64,000 nucleotides of DNA from Piromyces finnis finn (taxonomy: Eukaryota; Fungi; Neocallimastigomycota), in assembly GCA_002104945.1 (NCBI GenBank), contig MCFH01000029.1, positions 558,001 to 622,000 of the forward strand, in the 5' to 3' direction. Position numbers and translations under genes: made by a program. Shown piece after piece: positions 48,741-63,448 of this stretch (the stretch's first letter is position 1; every line of letters begins with the position of its first letter). The notes under the pieces were generated by a model. It was not told where the DNA came from and did no database searches. It saw only the letters and a list, made by a program, of their open reading frames with translations.

Positions 48741-49692
48741 ATGCAACAAAACGCTATGAAAATTGTAGTTGTCGGAGATGGTGCCGTTGGAAAAGTAAGA
48801 ATCAATACAAAAATATAAAAATGGCTTATAAAATATATGATATTGTAATACAAATATGCAAAAAAAAAAAAAAAAAAAAAAAAAGATAGAGAAACTATAA
48901 ATATATCTTTTATTGTAGTATTTAAAATATATCTTTTATATAATATTATCAGACATGTCTTCTTATTTCTTATACTACCAATGAATTCCCAACTGGTTAT
49001 GTTCCAACTGTAAATAAAAATTTATAATATATTATATTATTATAATTTCAATAGCATAATAAAATTAATAATTTAAATTTATTAAAAAAGGTCTTCGATA
49101 ACTATTTAGCAAAAGTTAATATTGGAAATGTTCCATATAAATTAGGTTTATTTGATACCGCAGGTAAATTTTTCAAATACAAAACAAAGAAAAATAATAT
49201 TTCATATTTTTTTTTTTGAAAAAGTGCAGTTAAGAATTAAAAATAAAATAATTAATTATACTTTTAATTAAAAAAAAATAATTTAAATGAACAATAGGTC
49301 AAGAAGATTTTGATAATATCAGATCTCTTTCATATCCACATACAAATGTTTTCTTAATGTGTTTTTCTGTTGTTATTCCAACAAGTTTCGACAATATACG
49401 ACAAAAATGGATTCCTGAAATTCAACAATATTGTGCAGGTGTTCCAATAATATTAGTAGGTACACAAATTGATTTACGTAACGATAGAGCTACCTTAGAT
49501 AAATTAGGTAAATTTTGTAAACGTCCAATTACATATGAACAAGGACACAAATTGGCTAAAGAACTCAAATGCGTAAAATATGTTGAATGTAGTGCTTTAA
49601 CTCAAAAAGGTTTAAAAAATGTTTTTGATGAAGCTATTCTTGTTGCACTCGGTTGCTCAGATAAATCAAAGAAAAACTGTGTATTATTATAG
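48741..49692 (+). CDS. Rho-family GTPase, divergent Cdc42-like, 4 exons
   Basis: [12 protein letters not shown]|[19 protein letters not shown]|[13 protein letters not shown]|[13 protein letters not shown]..Cdc42-type [33 protein letters not shown]. Confidence 0.9.
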
Positions 49693-50393
49693 ATAAATTA
49701 TTCAAAACAAAGATTATATATATTTTATTTCAAACTATACAAAATATATTTTAATCAATTTTAATTTAATCAATAACAAAATTAAACCTTTGCTGAAAAG
49801 GTTAAAAATGACATCATAGAAAACAAAAAAAGTTTTTTTTTTCTTTTTAAAAAAAAACAGCTTGTAAACAAAACAAACAAAACAAAGAAAATTGTTTTTT
49901 AAATTATTTTAATAATGTTTTTTTTTTTTTTAAAAAAAAAAATTATATTTAAAAAAATTTAAAAAAAATTATATAAAAAATTTTTATTACAGTATTTTTT
50001 AATTAAATCAAAAGGATATATCATATAAAATTAAAAATTATAAAGAATGGTAAAAAAAATGTTTATAATTAAGACTTATTTCAAATTATCTTTTTAATCT
50101 TTTAATATTTATATATAATATACGAATATAAATTAAATATATTTAATGTTATTAATATAAATTTATATTTAAAAATAAAATAATTATAATGTTGCTTACA
50201 AGCGATATTTTATTAATGTAATACTTCATAATTTTCTTTAATATTTTTAGAAAAAAAATTCCAAAATTATTTTATTATAATGAAAAGTATAAAAAATAAA
50301 ATAAAAATAAAAAAAAAATTAATCAAGAAATGTTATTTTTGTTATTTTTAAAATATATATAAAAAAAGAAAAAAAAAAAAAAAAAAAAAATAA

Positions 50394-50424
<31 letters not shown>

Positions 50425-51226
50425 AATAAAAAATAAAATAAAAAAAAGCATTTTTCATTTTTATATTTAATTATATATACAAAATATGTCTTACTTCATT
50501 TAAAATAGAAAATTGTTAATACATATGATTATTTAGGTATAAATTTGTTATTTCTTTTCTTTAATTTATGTCTTTATAAGCAAATTTCAGATCAGACTCA
50601 ATTATTCAGGTCGAGATTTCACAAGATATAGAATGTAATGAGAGTTTATCATGTTATAATATGTAAAAAATCAATAAGTATTATTAAAGATCTTACCAGC
50701 CATACCTTCTCTGTCTCATTAACTAAAAAAAACTAAAAAAGCATCACATACACAAAAAAAAAAAATAAAAAATCATATAAAAATAAAAATCATAGAAAAA
50801 ATGTAGACATGGTAATTGAAGTAAAGCCTTTAGATTTAACCAGCAAATTATATTTCTTTATTCTCAATTAGTTATAATAAATCCAACTTTATAATAATAA
50901 TAATAAAATATCTAATCATTTTAATGCATTAATTTTTTATTATTCATAGAAAAAATAGCCTATTTATAGAACATTTTAGAAAATGAATGATAAAGCTATT
51001 AATAACAAGGATTATTTATTTAAAAATAAAAAATTTTTATGTGGAATATGATAACTCAATAATCAGTACAGTTATTTGTTTTGTGAATTTGTAGCGTATC
51101 ATATCATCCTATACTAAGGCTTTACTATAAATAATTTTTTTTTTTCATCCATTTCCAAAAAAATAATAAAATTTATTAATGTATCACATATTTAATAAAA
51201 TTTACCTGATTATGTAAAGTATAAAC

Positions 51227-51432
51227 ATTGATAATCTTTAAAAGATGCGCATCTTTTTTCCAGTGAAAAACATTGCCCCCCATACAACTAAACATGTGAG
51301 CCAGATTTAGAGCTCTGAAAAAGCCAAAATAGATAGGAACCTGTAAGGTTCATAAACATGGGGTCGTCTGTCGTATAAAAGGTGATGGCATATCCCTGGA
51401 AAAAAGATGCTCATCTTTTCTAGATCATCAAT
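51227..51432. mobile_element. MITE-like element, 206 bp, ~37-bp imperfect terminal inverted repeats each containing an 18-bp palindrome
   Basis: Left ATTGATAATCTTTAAAAGATGCGCATCTTTTTTCCAG (51227-51263) versus reverse complement of right (51396-51432) ATTGATGATCTAGAAAAGATGAGCATCTTTTTTCCAG. GC-richer non-coding interior. No clear TSD. Confidence 0.65.
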
Positions 51433-51790
51433 ATATATAAAAAATTAAAAGTTTTTGATACTATTATATTCTAATGAAAATAATTAAAAAGTAAATACAT
51501 TTATATTGTATTTATAATATTTAATGATATTATTTATATTAATAGTTATATTTATTATATTCTTTTTTTTTTTTTTTACAATGATATTAGTTAATAATCA
51601 TTCATTTAATATTAAAAAAAAGTATATTTATGTCATTTTAAAACATAAAAAAAAAATTAGATTATTTTTGTACATTAACAAAAAGAAACAAAAAATATAT
51701 TATTTTTATAATTATAAAAAAAAACATTTTTTTTAGTTAATCCAAATGTAAAATATAAAAAGTATAAATAAAAAAAGGTAATTAATGATA

Positions 51791-54700
51791 TTATTTATTC
51801 TTCTCTATGATAATTTTCTAGATATATATAAAAAGTGAATGTTTATAATTAGTTCTATTGAATGTTAATTAATAATATATAATATATAATTACCTCTAAT
51901 TGATAGAAAGGGCATGATAATAGTGAAGGATAACTTTTTTCTGCAATACTTATTAATTGATTAAAAGTAATTCTATCTTCTGGATTAACATTTAAATCCT
52001 CAAATATCTTATAAAATAATTCCTATTGTTTTAAATTATATGTAAAGTATTTATATGTTTAATTAAATTAATATTCATTTTAAATTTTAAAATATAAATT
52101 GTAATTCTTACCTTTGGATATGGAACATCCATTTCTTTTTCTGTGTGCCAATAATTAGCATCAACAATATATATTCCATAGTTATAGATCTAACAATATA
52201 TAATATATTATAAAAAATAAAATAAAAAATTAAAAATAGAATTCATAGAATATTTTTTATTATTTTATAATAATGCTAATAATTTGATTTGCTAATATCC
52301 AATTTCCTATTTAATGGTATAAATTTAATTACTTTATAAAGTTCTTCAGCAGAGACAGAGCCACAATCAGAAACTACATTAATAGCTTTTTCAATTCCTA
52401 TTCTTTGATTAGTATCACAACAACAACACATCAAGAAAGATGTTACATCAAACACTTCCTTTTCAAATGGCTTTTCTTCAATATTTTCTTCTACTCCAAC
52501 ATTATCACCTATACTATCATTACAGTTATTACTATTATTAGTTTCAATAACTTCTAATGATCTTGATTGCAAAACTTCGTTATTTTCTTTAGTATCATTT
52601 ATTCCTGGTTCTGACTTCACAATAGTATTTTCTGTACTATCTGCAACATTAACATTAGCATTAGAATTATTTTGTGTGGTTTTATCATTGGAAATAGTAA
52701 TAATTGGTTCGCTCTTTTTATCATTTTCTCCTTCATTTATTTCTTTATCCTCTGATTCCTTAACTTCTTCTTTTGTATTATTATTAATATAATAATATAA
52801 TATATATATTTAGTATAAATATAATTTATATATATATGTATATAATAATAATAATAATAAATATAATAATAGTAGTAGTGGTGGTATTATTATTATTATG
52901 ATTATTATTTTAATTTCTATTATAAAGACTATGATACCTAATATAGCTTCTTTTTTACATTCTTCTAAAAATTGGAGATCATCATTTTCTTGAGTATTTT
53001 CAGTCATAAAGAAGTCTATTATTTTATAAAAATATACATTTATTTTAAAAATATATCAATTAGCCATTTTTTATATATTTGACTTAATTCATGGTAGATG
53101 AAACTTACAAAACATAGCTTCCTTTAAATTTTTATATCTCTTATAAATAGTAATGGTTTGATTACCTATTTCTTCATCCATATCTTCATACCATAATTTT
53201 ACAGACATGTAATCACTCTTTGATATCTAAGTATAACAATTATTATATTAATCATATCGTATATATAATTTGATATTAGATTAGAAATCATCGTATTTTC
53301 ATTAATAATTATTTTAGGCTTACCTTTCCATTTTGATATGATGGTAAATTCTTATAGGTTTGTTTCAAATTAATAATATAATCAACAGTTGGTACTGGAA
53401 GAACTCTAGCTTGATTCATTATAAATTTTCTCCAATTTATATATCCAGTATCAAATGGATCTAATAAATCAGTAATCTATAAAAAAAAATATATAGAAAT
53501 TATACAAAATAATTCAGTATATAGAATTAAGAATTTTTATGATATAGTTTAGATTTTATTTTAATTTTTTCATATATATATTACTTGTTTTATTTGGCTG
53601 ACTTCAGAATTCATGTAATCATCTGGTAAATACTCCATTCCAATCTATAAAAAGTTTTTTTTTAATATAATATCATATAATGAATATATTATTCTAGACA
53701 TATCATTAAATCAATAACATAAAAAAAGTGCAAATATTTCTTACCGATAAAACAACTAATTTCATAAAACAATCAATAAATTCCTTATTGCTAATAATAT
53801 CAGTGTTTGAATATTCATTAAACATTTTGCATATATTCAAAAGTTGAACAACAGTGAACTTTTCAGATGCTATTATTAAATAAAATATGAAAATATATAT
53901 TAGAATAATATTTATAAAAAAAAAAAAGGAGAGTGGAGAAAGGAGAGAGAGAAAAAAAAAACTTATATATTCTCTTATTGATTTTTACTTAATTTTTCTA
54001 CTGGAGTCTTAGAAGGTGGTAATGGGTCAGCAATATATGTTAAAATATCATAATTCACCTTAAAGTTTTCTCCTTCTAATATTAATTCATTTGGAAGACG
54101 TGCTTCACATTCAATGGCCTCTTTTATTACAATAATTAATTCACTGATGGCATTCATTTCAATTTGATAGCGAGTAGTAATCCATTCATCCAATAAATTA
54201 AAGACATCTGAACCGTGTTTTTGTAAATCCTTTTATTTATCAAAACAGAATTATGTTAATATATAATAATATATATAATAATATAATAATAATATTTTAA
54301 TATATTTTAAAAAAATAAATATTATAATTTATTATAATAAAATCATTGTATCTTACTTTTATATGGTCTTTAGCCTTAATTTGTATTCTTTCTAAATTCA
54401 AATGATATGTTGTTTCCAATAATTGTATAAAATCTGTATATTCTTCTGATAATTTTTCTTCCACATCAACTATAATAAAAATAATTATTATTATATTTAC
54501 ATTATTATTATATATGTATATATTTGGAGGTATTGATGTTATTAACTATATTTACACTTTTTGCTTTCTACCACAGGTTCTGGAACATTCTGCTTCTTTT
54601 TATCCTTTTTCTCCTTATCATTAACAACTACCTCCGCAGCAGCACTATTTTGATAAGCTAGAGCGTAGGCATTATCGATATATTGTGAGTATGGAACTCC

Positions 54701-57700
54701 GTCAGCATCTTGAATGAAGTTACTGTCATGGACTTGACTAGTAAATTGATGTCTATCTTTACCAATAATGGATTTCCTACTTGAACCAGAAGATGGAATA
54801 AAAGAAGACATATGACTTTTTGAATTTTGATTACCACCTTTTGTATCTTGATTATCATTACCAAAGTTATTATTATTTCCTTTACCTCGTTGGTTCATCT
54901 TTGATAAATTATCAATGGATCCAGAAGGTTTTGAATCAGAGCCAACATCTTGAAGACTATCATACATTGGAATTTTTATCTATAATTATATATTTAAAAG
55001 AAAAGTTAATTCTTTTTTTTATATAATATAAAAGTATATTAAAAGTAACTTACTCTTTTTAATGAATCATCATTAATTATCTTTATTAAAGTAAGAAAAA
55101 AAAGGTGGAAGATATATCATAAGATTAATATTTTATTAATTATAATAAAAAAAATATAAAAAATTTATATATTAAAAAAAAAAACTTACATAACCACTAG
55201 AATCAACATAATAGTCGTGAACAAGTTGGTTTATTCCAATTGTATGGTCACTTTCAACTTGCATCATAGTAATATAAATATTAATTATAATATTTAAATG
55301 ATCTTCAATCCAATGATCTTCAATAATTGCAGCTCTTTCTTGTTCTGCTTCTTCTTTACGCTTATCACACACTTCCCAAAGTTTATCTCTTAAATCATCA
55401 GCACGTTGATGAAGTTCTGCTTTTGCTTCTGAATCCGATCTAGTTTTAAAATAATTATTAATAAATATTAAATTATTTTATTTTATTATAATAATTTAAA
55501 CTTATATATAAATTAAAATATATCATTTATATAATTCTTTTAAAACCTGACAATTACTATAAATTTGAAATAAACAATAAAAAAAAAAAAAAAAAAAAAA
55601 AAGAATGTATAATAATATATTATTGATAATATTATAAACTAATTTCTAACCTTAAATCATCTTCAATTTGATTATATTCCTCTTGGAATATCGCAACAAT
55701 ACTTTGTTTATCATCCGGTCTTTCTAAAAATTTTTTAAAATTAATTTTGGTATTATAAATATAACGAATCATGGTATCTTGTTCACGTCTTAAAGAACGG
55801 AAAATAAATTTCAATGTTTCTATGTAATTAACTTCAATGGTTGCCCATGCTAAAATTAAAATATAATATTAGAGTATTAGATCATTTTTATTTTTTTTTG
55901 TCATTATTTTTAACAATTTTTTAAAGTTTACTTAATTTTATTTATAATTATAGAAATATTAATTTTTCTTTTTTTTTTTTTTTTAAAGAAAAAAAAAACT
56001 TACAATCTACAAGAATTTCAGCAAGAGCTTTTGATGGACATCTCTTTCCATTAGAAGCAATTATTGGTGTGCGATTAGTTGCAGCAAAGTTTTGAAGTTC
56101 ACTACTTTCATCATTATTAGCATTGTTTTCATCCGATTTATCTTGATTGTCTTGATTATCTTTCTTCTTATTATCTGTATAATTAATAATTTATAATTTC
56201 ATTAGTTAAAATATATATTTAAATATTTTTTATATTTCTATAAATATCAAAAAACAAAACTTTACCTTTTCCAGTTTTTTGACCCTTTACAGTAGAAGCC
56301 GTAGTTGAACCATTATTCTTGCGTTTATTTTCCTTACTTGATTGTGTACGAGAACGATTATTCTTCTTTTTATCATCTTCTTTAACATTAGTACCACCAC
56401 TATTACCTTTATTAGAACCTTTATTATCAGAATTAGATTCAGCTTCACCATCATTTCCATTTTCATCAAGATTCTTTTCTGAATTGTTTTCTTTAAAATA
56501 TGTAATTCAAAAATTTATAAATGAAAAATCAATATTAATAGGTTTTTTTTTAGATTAAGTAATAATAATAATTATAAAAATATTTTTATTAATCAAAAAA
56601 AAAAAAAAAAAAAATAATAAAATGAAGAATTAATTTAATTATATAAATTGGTATTGTTCTATTAAAAGTTTATAAAACAAAGATTTTTATAATAATATTT
56701 TAATTTTTTTTAGTACCAGTTTCTTCTTTTTTCTTCTTTTCTTTTTCTTTTTCTTTAAGTAATTCAAGTTCTCTTTTAGCTTCTTCCATTTTTTTCTCTT
56801 CTTCTTTTTTCTTTTCTTCTTCTATTTGTTGTCTTTCTCTTTCAATATCAGAAATAATGGATTGAACATTTTCGGTATTATCTTTTACTGATCTTGAACC
56901 GTCAATTTCCTATTATTTATAATATATCATATGAATTAAATATATATTGATATAAATAAAAAGAAATAAAATATAATTAGTATTATATAAAATATTTAAT
57001 ATTTATTAAAAAAAATACATAATATAAAAATCTATTTATTAATGTAATTTTATTCAATTACTTACATAAAGATTTTTGAATCTATCAAAGAATTCTTTAA
57101 TAGAATCTACTTGAGCATCAAATGCAGCAATTTGATTTTGAATATTAGAATTATCTACTTCATCAATTAATGGAACTAATCTTTCAAATATTCCCTATTA
57201 AATAAAAAAAAAAGATTTATGAAATATATATTATATTTAATTTTTAAATCATTTGATAATATTTATTCTATAAGGATTATGCATTTAACTTACAGGTTCA
57301 TTTTCCGGTGGTGGATTATATTCTAAATGATATATTTTTCCTGTTAAAGTATCAACTTTTCTACCAGTCATACGTTTGAAAGCAATTTCATTATCAACAT
57401 TTAATAATAATACCAAATCAAGACCACCTTTTAATTTATCTTCTTTTTGATCTTGAGACTTATCAGAGTTAACAGCATTAGATGTGGATTTCTTATTGGT
57501 ACCCCCATTTCCGTCTTTATTATTTTTTGATGTAAGACCTGATTTTCTTTTAGGAAGAGATTGTTTCACTTTTTTAGGTTCTTCATAACTATATTATATA
57601 TATTATAAAATTAAAGTAAATGAAATATATATTTAATTATATTGAATAATATATTATAATCCATTAATATTATAATATGAAATAATTTATTTAGGTAATT

Positions 57701-60326
57701 ACCCAGTTAATTCTTTTTCTAATAAAGCTGCTTGTTCATGATTTTGAGGGAAATTGACTAGAATCCATCCCCCCTTACATTCAGGATGATCAATGTTAAC
57801 ACGGCTAATGGAATTAACAACTAATTGAACTAAAAGTTCATCGCTTGGATAACCACCCTCTAACATTTTTATTTGTATTTCAGAACCAATCTGAGAACGT
57901 GTGAGAGAATTCTTTTTAGATTTAAATGTAGAATTTAATTCATTGGTATCTTCATTACCAGCTTTAGCTTCAATTGTACTTACTCTTTTTTTTTTATATT
58001 TAAAACATAAAAAAAAATTATATAAAAGTAAAAATATAATATTATATATATTAGTAAAAAGGATAATAAATAAAACATATAAATTTATCGTTAAATTATA
58101 TTATATTATATATATAAGCAATAAATATTAAATAACATTAGAAATGTTTTCTTTACTTAATAGCATCTTTAATCATATCTTCCAAAGATAACACAGCCAT
58201 GCTATACATAGAAGCAATATTTTTCGCTAATGTCATTTTTCCACTGAATCGTTTACCAATGATTGACATACAAATAGGTACTGAAGGGAAAACTGCTAAC
58301 TCATAAGGATCCTCTGGAATTTTTGTAATTTCATATAAATTATCGATAATTTCATTTAATGCATTATACATTCTTTTTGGAACATCGGGTGGATTTGGAC
58401 TATAAATGAAGTGTTAGAAAAAGAAAAAATAATATTATTAATAAAATGTAAATATAAAAAATGTAAATATAGACTTTAAAAAAAACTTACCAAAAAGTAT
58501 ATTCCCATTCTTTTTGACCCTTAAGATAATTTTTAAATTCTTTTTCATCAAGAAGTTGAATACCTCTCATAACATTGCGATTTGCTTCGTCTACACTAAT
58601 TAAATTTGTATTTTCATTATTTGTACTATTATTAATTTGAGGATTAAGTAAATCAACATCACCAGCTTTTGTGGAATCGTTAATTGTAGCACCATTTTCA
58701 TTCTCATTTACGATAGATTCACCTTCCTTGGAAATTGTTGCATCATTATTATCTATATGTGGTTCTAATGTGCTTTTTTTATTACCACAATTGATAGTAA
58801 AGTTAATTTCACCTGTACTAGATATATTTTCATTTTTGGGAGATGGTTTTTCGTTATTCCCTAATTTCTCATCATCTTTTACTTCATTGGTAGAATTAGT
58901 AGTCGATGAAAGATTTTGTTGAGATTTTGCTTTTACTTTTTCTTCCATTTTTTCTAATTTTGCTTGACTAGAAGACTTATTCAAATCAAATCCTTCTATA
59001 TTAATATTTTGAACTTTACTAAGAATATCTGGGTTTATTTCTACATTTCCTTTTTTTTCTTCTGGGAACTCATTATTGAATAGGTCAATTTTATCTTGAT
59101 CAAATTCTAAAAAGTATTTATCATCTAATGGTAGTCCCTTAATAAATAATGTTTTCCATTCATTCATTTGTTTAGTTGTAATTTGACCATCATTTAATGT
59201 TTTATATTCACAAATCTTTTTTTTTTTTCATATAAGAATTTTCAAAAGGTACATATATATGTATATATTAATTTATAAAATTATTCATATTGTTGATATT
59301 TATATTTTTAAATCGTAAAAAATATGAAGAAAAAAAAACCAAAAGAAAGAAAATGCCAATAAATAATATTTAATATTAATAATTTAAAATTTTATATTTT
59401 ATTTTTATTTCAATAAAATCTGACGATAAGGATGACTATTTTATGTATATACCTTAAATGCAAAATCAACCAATTGCCATACCAATTCATTAATTAATTC
59501 ATGAGTAGCACGTTTATTACTTTCTTCCTTATTCATAATAATTTCATCATATTGTTTTTTGAGAAGAAGGGCTTCCTTTTCATATTCTTCACGAGCCTTC
59601 TTACCCAATTCTTCCTCTCGTTTCAATGCTAATTCATAATCCTTCTCTCTTTTTTCAGCATATTGTTGATTTCTACGACTTCTATTTTCATAAATTAAAT
59701 TCTTTTGCTTACGAACTTCCATCAATTGCTCAGCAATACGACGTTCTTGTTTTGATTCTGTTAGAAGTTGATTCAATAAAAAGTTATCTAAAGCTGCTTT
59801 CTTGTTTTCTTTACGAGATCGTTGTTGGGAAAGAAGAATCTTTCTTCTTCTATATTTTTTTTCTTTATTAGTTTCCTCTTCTTTAATCTTTTTTTCATGA
59901 ATGTGATTTAAATAATCATGTGTTTGCTTCATTGAAGTTTCAATGGAAGGTATCTTACGTTGAATCATACGCATATAAGCATTAGGGTCCATATTTCTTT
60001 GATATTTTAAAAAGTTTTTAATTTCATCAATTTCCATTTGTTTATCAGATTTATTATTGGTATCTGGGAGAATACGATTTGATTTAACGATATCAATATT
60101 AGACATAATATTGTGATCATAATCACTATTAATATTCTTTTCATGATAGTTTAAGTTTTCAATTTCATTTTTAAATTTTAAGCAGGAGCTATCACTATTT
60201 CTTAAATTTCTTTCAAAATTTTCAATATTTTCAATAAATTCTTTTTTAATCATCTTACTTCTTTCCTATTTATTAATATTACCCAAAAAAAATAATGTGG
60301 TATTATAATATTAAAAATATTCATAA

Positions 60327-60368
<42 letters not shown>

Positions 60369-62151
60369 TTATTAATTAAAACATTTAAAATAAAATAAAT
60401 AATATTATTTCTAGTTGCTTTTTTGATAATAAATAATATAATTAACAAATTAAATAATAACTATAATTTTATAATTACTTAAATTTAAACATCTATATTT
60501 AAATTTATATATATATAAATATTAAAAGTTTTCATTTTTCATACCTCTTGATCAATTTTCTTTTTTCGTTTCTTTTCACGTTCTAAACGAATTATATTTA
60601 ATTCATATTGAGTTTTTGAAGAACGCTTTGGCGGTTCAGGAATATCATTAACAAAAGCTGGTTTTTTAGGGTAATGAAGGGAAGAATAATGGTTATTTGA
60701 AGTTTTTGGATTATAAATGATATCTAATTCACTCTTTTTTTATTATTAATCATAATAATTATAAAAATATCAAATATATATTAAAATAATATGAATATTT
60801 ATTTAATTAATATAATATATAATATAAAATAAGCATATAAAAATTGAATAAAAATAAAAAAAAATATATTATATTTAATGAAAAATAAAGTAATTTTCCA
60901 TTGTTAATTGATATGTTATTTTTTTTTATGCTCTATTTCTGATTTTTTTTTTTTAAAATAATTTTCTTTTTATTATTCAATGTTTGATTTTTTTAACTGC
61001 CTTTTTTATTTTTGTCTATAGTAATATTTTATTTTTAATGATTTCAAATAATTTCCTGAAAATAAACAAACGATTATTTCCTTTATATACAAATATATAT
61101 GATTATATTTTCCAACTCTTCTTTGCTTTTGTTTTTCTAATTTTTACATTATTCTTATTTAATACTTTACTTTTTTTTCTGTTAATTCAGTAATTGGCTC
61201 AAGATCATTTCGAATAGAAGGAATTGCTTTTGAAAATCCTTGAAGACGATTTACGAAAAAATCATGTTCTTTTTGTAAATATGGTTTCTTAATAACATTG
61301 CCAGACATAAAAGTATTTACTGATAAAATAAAGCATACCAATTGAAATATTATGTATGATCATTTTAAAAATAATAGTATAATAAAAATATTCAATGTAA
61401 TTATATAATATATTGTCCAATGTAATAAATGGGAATTTCATATTAAAATTGATGTATATAATATAAAATAAGTTTGTTGTATTTTTTTTTTTTTTAATAT
61501 ATGTTTTTTTTTTTTTTTGTTTGTTTTTGTTTTTTATATATTTGAAAATATATGATGGTATATTTCATTTTTAATAATAATATATAAACAAATGAATAAT
61601 GTAAATTAAATATATAATATTCAAAAAAATATATAATAAAATAAATGAGTTAGTTTTTTTTTTTTTTTTTTAGGTTTTAAATCAACGAAAATAATAATTT
61701 TTTTTTCTTTTATTTCATTATTATCGTTGTTATCTATTTCCTTATTTTTCTTTTTAAATTATTATTGTAATTTTTACTAACATTCTGTTTTCCCATTAAT
61801 ACTTGAAGAATCAATTTTCTTTAATTCAATATACGTCTTTATATCATAAAGAAGTTTTGCAGCCTCTCCAGGTTTACCCTGAATGATATCGTAAACTCGA
61901 TTTGCTTTTAGCTTTAATCCCAATTTTTGTATTAAACTTGTTTCCAATAAAGAATAATTTCTAATTGCTATTTCTTGAGAATTTCCATTATAAAAAAGAG
62001 AATCAAACATCTTTTTATCGATGAGGCCATATTGTTTTAAAATTTCACCATATAAGTAACCATTTCTAAAATCCGTATCAATACTTTCCTTGGTGATCTG
62101 TTGGGAAAGTCTTACCTCAGAATTTAGCCATTTAACAACAACAGAAGACAT
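51791..62151 (-). CDS. SPEF2: Sperm flagellar protein 2 (SPEF2/CPC1-like central-pair protein): CH domain, coiled coil, adenylate-kinase-like P-loop region, >20 exons
   Basis: N-terminal CH: WLNSEVRLS..DFRNGYLYGEIL..NYSLLETSL. KQERRIAEQLMEVRKQK coiled coil, SIIGKRFSGKMTLAK, KGGWILVNFPQN, RMTGRKVDTLTGKIYHLEYNPPP. The last exon (51791-51817) was inferred by eye and is less certain. Confidence 0.85.
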
Positions 62152-63448
62152 TATTTTTCTATTTTCTTTTTAGTTATTTTATTTAAAATAGTGGTGTTTA
62201 AGAAAGATAAGTAAACAATTGTGTTGAATTCTATATATTTAAAAAATAATGTTTATAATTATAGGTAGTAACAAAATAAAGATTGTTATATCTGTAGATT
62301 TTATTTTTTTTTTATATTGATTTTATCATTCTATTTGATATAAATATAAATATATGGAATATAGTGATATTTGTTTTAAATTTATTGCTTTCTTATTTCC
62401 TCTTTTTTTTTACTTTATTCATTCTATTATTTAAAATATTTTTATATAATTATTTAATTATAAATATTTTAAATATTAATTGTAAACAATATTTTTTTTT
62501 TAATTTATTTTTTTTTTTTTTTTTAATTAAAAATTTACTTTTGAATTAAAACATCCACATTCAAAAAATAATTTTAAACTCAAAAAAATAAAAAAAAAAA
62601 AGAATATTGAATTATAACATAATACTATTAAAATACGCTAATATATAATAATGTATAGGTATATAAATTAAATATACAAATGCTTTAAAAATAGTAAAAA
62701 GAATAATAGGTAAAAAAAAAAAAAGACAGACATTTTCTGTTTCTTATACATCCGTTATTCCATTTTTTCATTACAAAACATTAAATAATCTTATTTTATT
62801 TAGGTTTTTCAATAATTGAAATATGTAAAATAATATATTACAATATTATCAGTTATATAATTTGTTTAAAAAAAAAAAAAAAAGGAAATAAAATAAAATA
62901 TTAAATATATTTGATGATACACAATAATATTATGTTACAGTTAACTTTTTATTAAAAAAAAAAAAAAAAAAAAAAAATTGATTTTAAAATGGTAACAAAA
63001 TTTTATTGATATATTGAGGTTGTTATTTGATTGTCATTAACGATTTCCATTTTTTTTAAATATATATTAAATTGATGTTACTAATTGTTTGTATAAATTA
63101 ATATACTATAAAGATTCTAATAAAAAAAATTAGAACCTTTACCGTATTCATTTTAATCAGCAGCATCAAATTTAGAATTATCATTATTTCTTTTTTAATC
63201 AATTTTTTTTTTTTAATTTTTTCAAAAAGAAAAAAAATAATTTCTTAATAATGAAAAAGAATTCTCAAAAAAAGAAATATTTGTTATTATAAATTATGAT
63301 ATTTATATATGGTTTTTATAAATGATATTAGAAAGTGATATGAAATTAAAAAAAAATTGATAGAATTTTTGTTTTTAATTACAAAAAAAAAATTAATAAT
63401 GAAATAAAATAATTATTAAAAAGTATTAAATAGGTAATAATTATATTA

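Noticed and set aside
50580-50735. Slightly GC-richer patch with an AG..GTAAG exon-like segment on the minus strand
   Set aside because: No consistent reading frame or partner exons, and SPEF2 can be terminated at 51791 without it.
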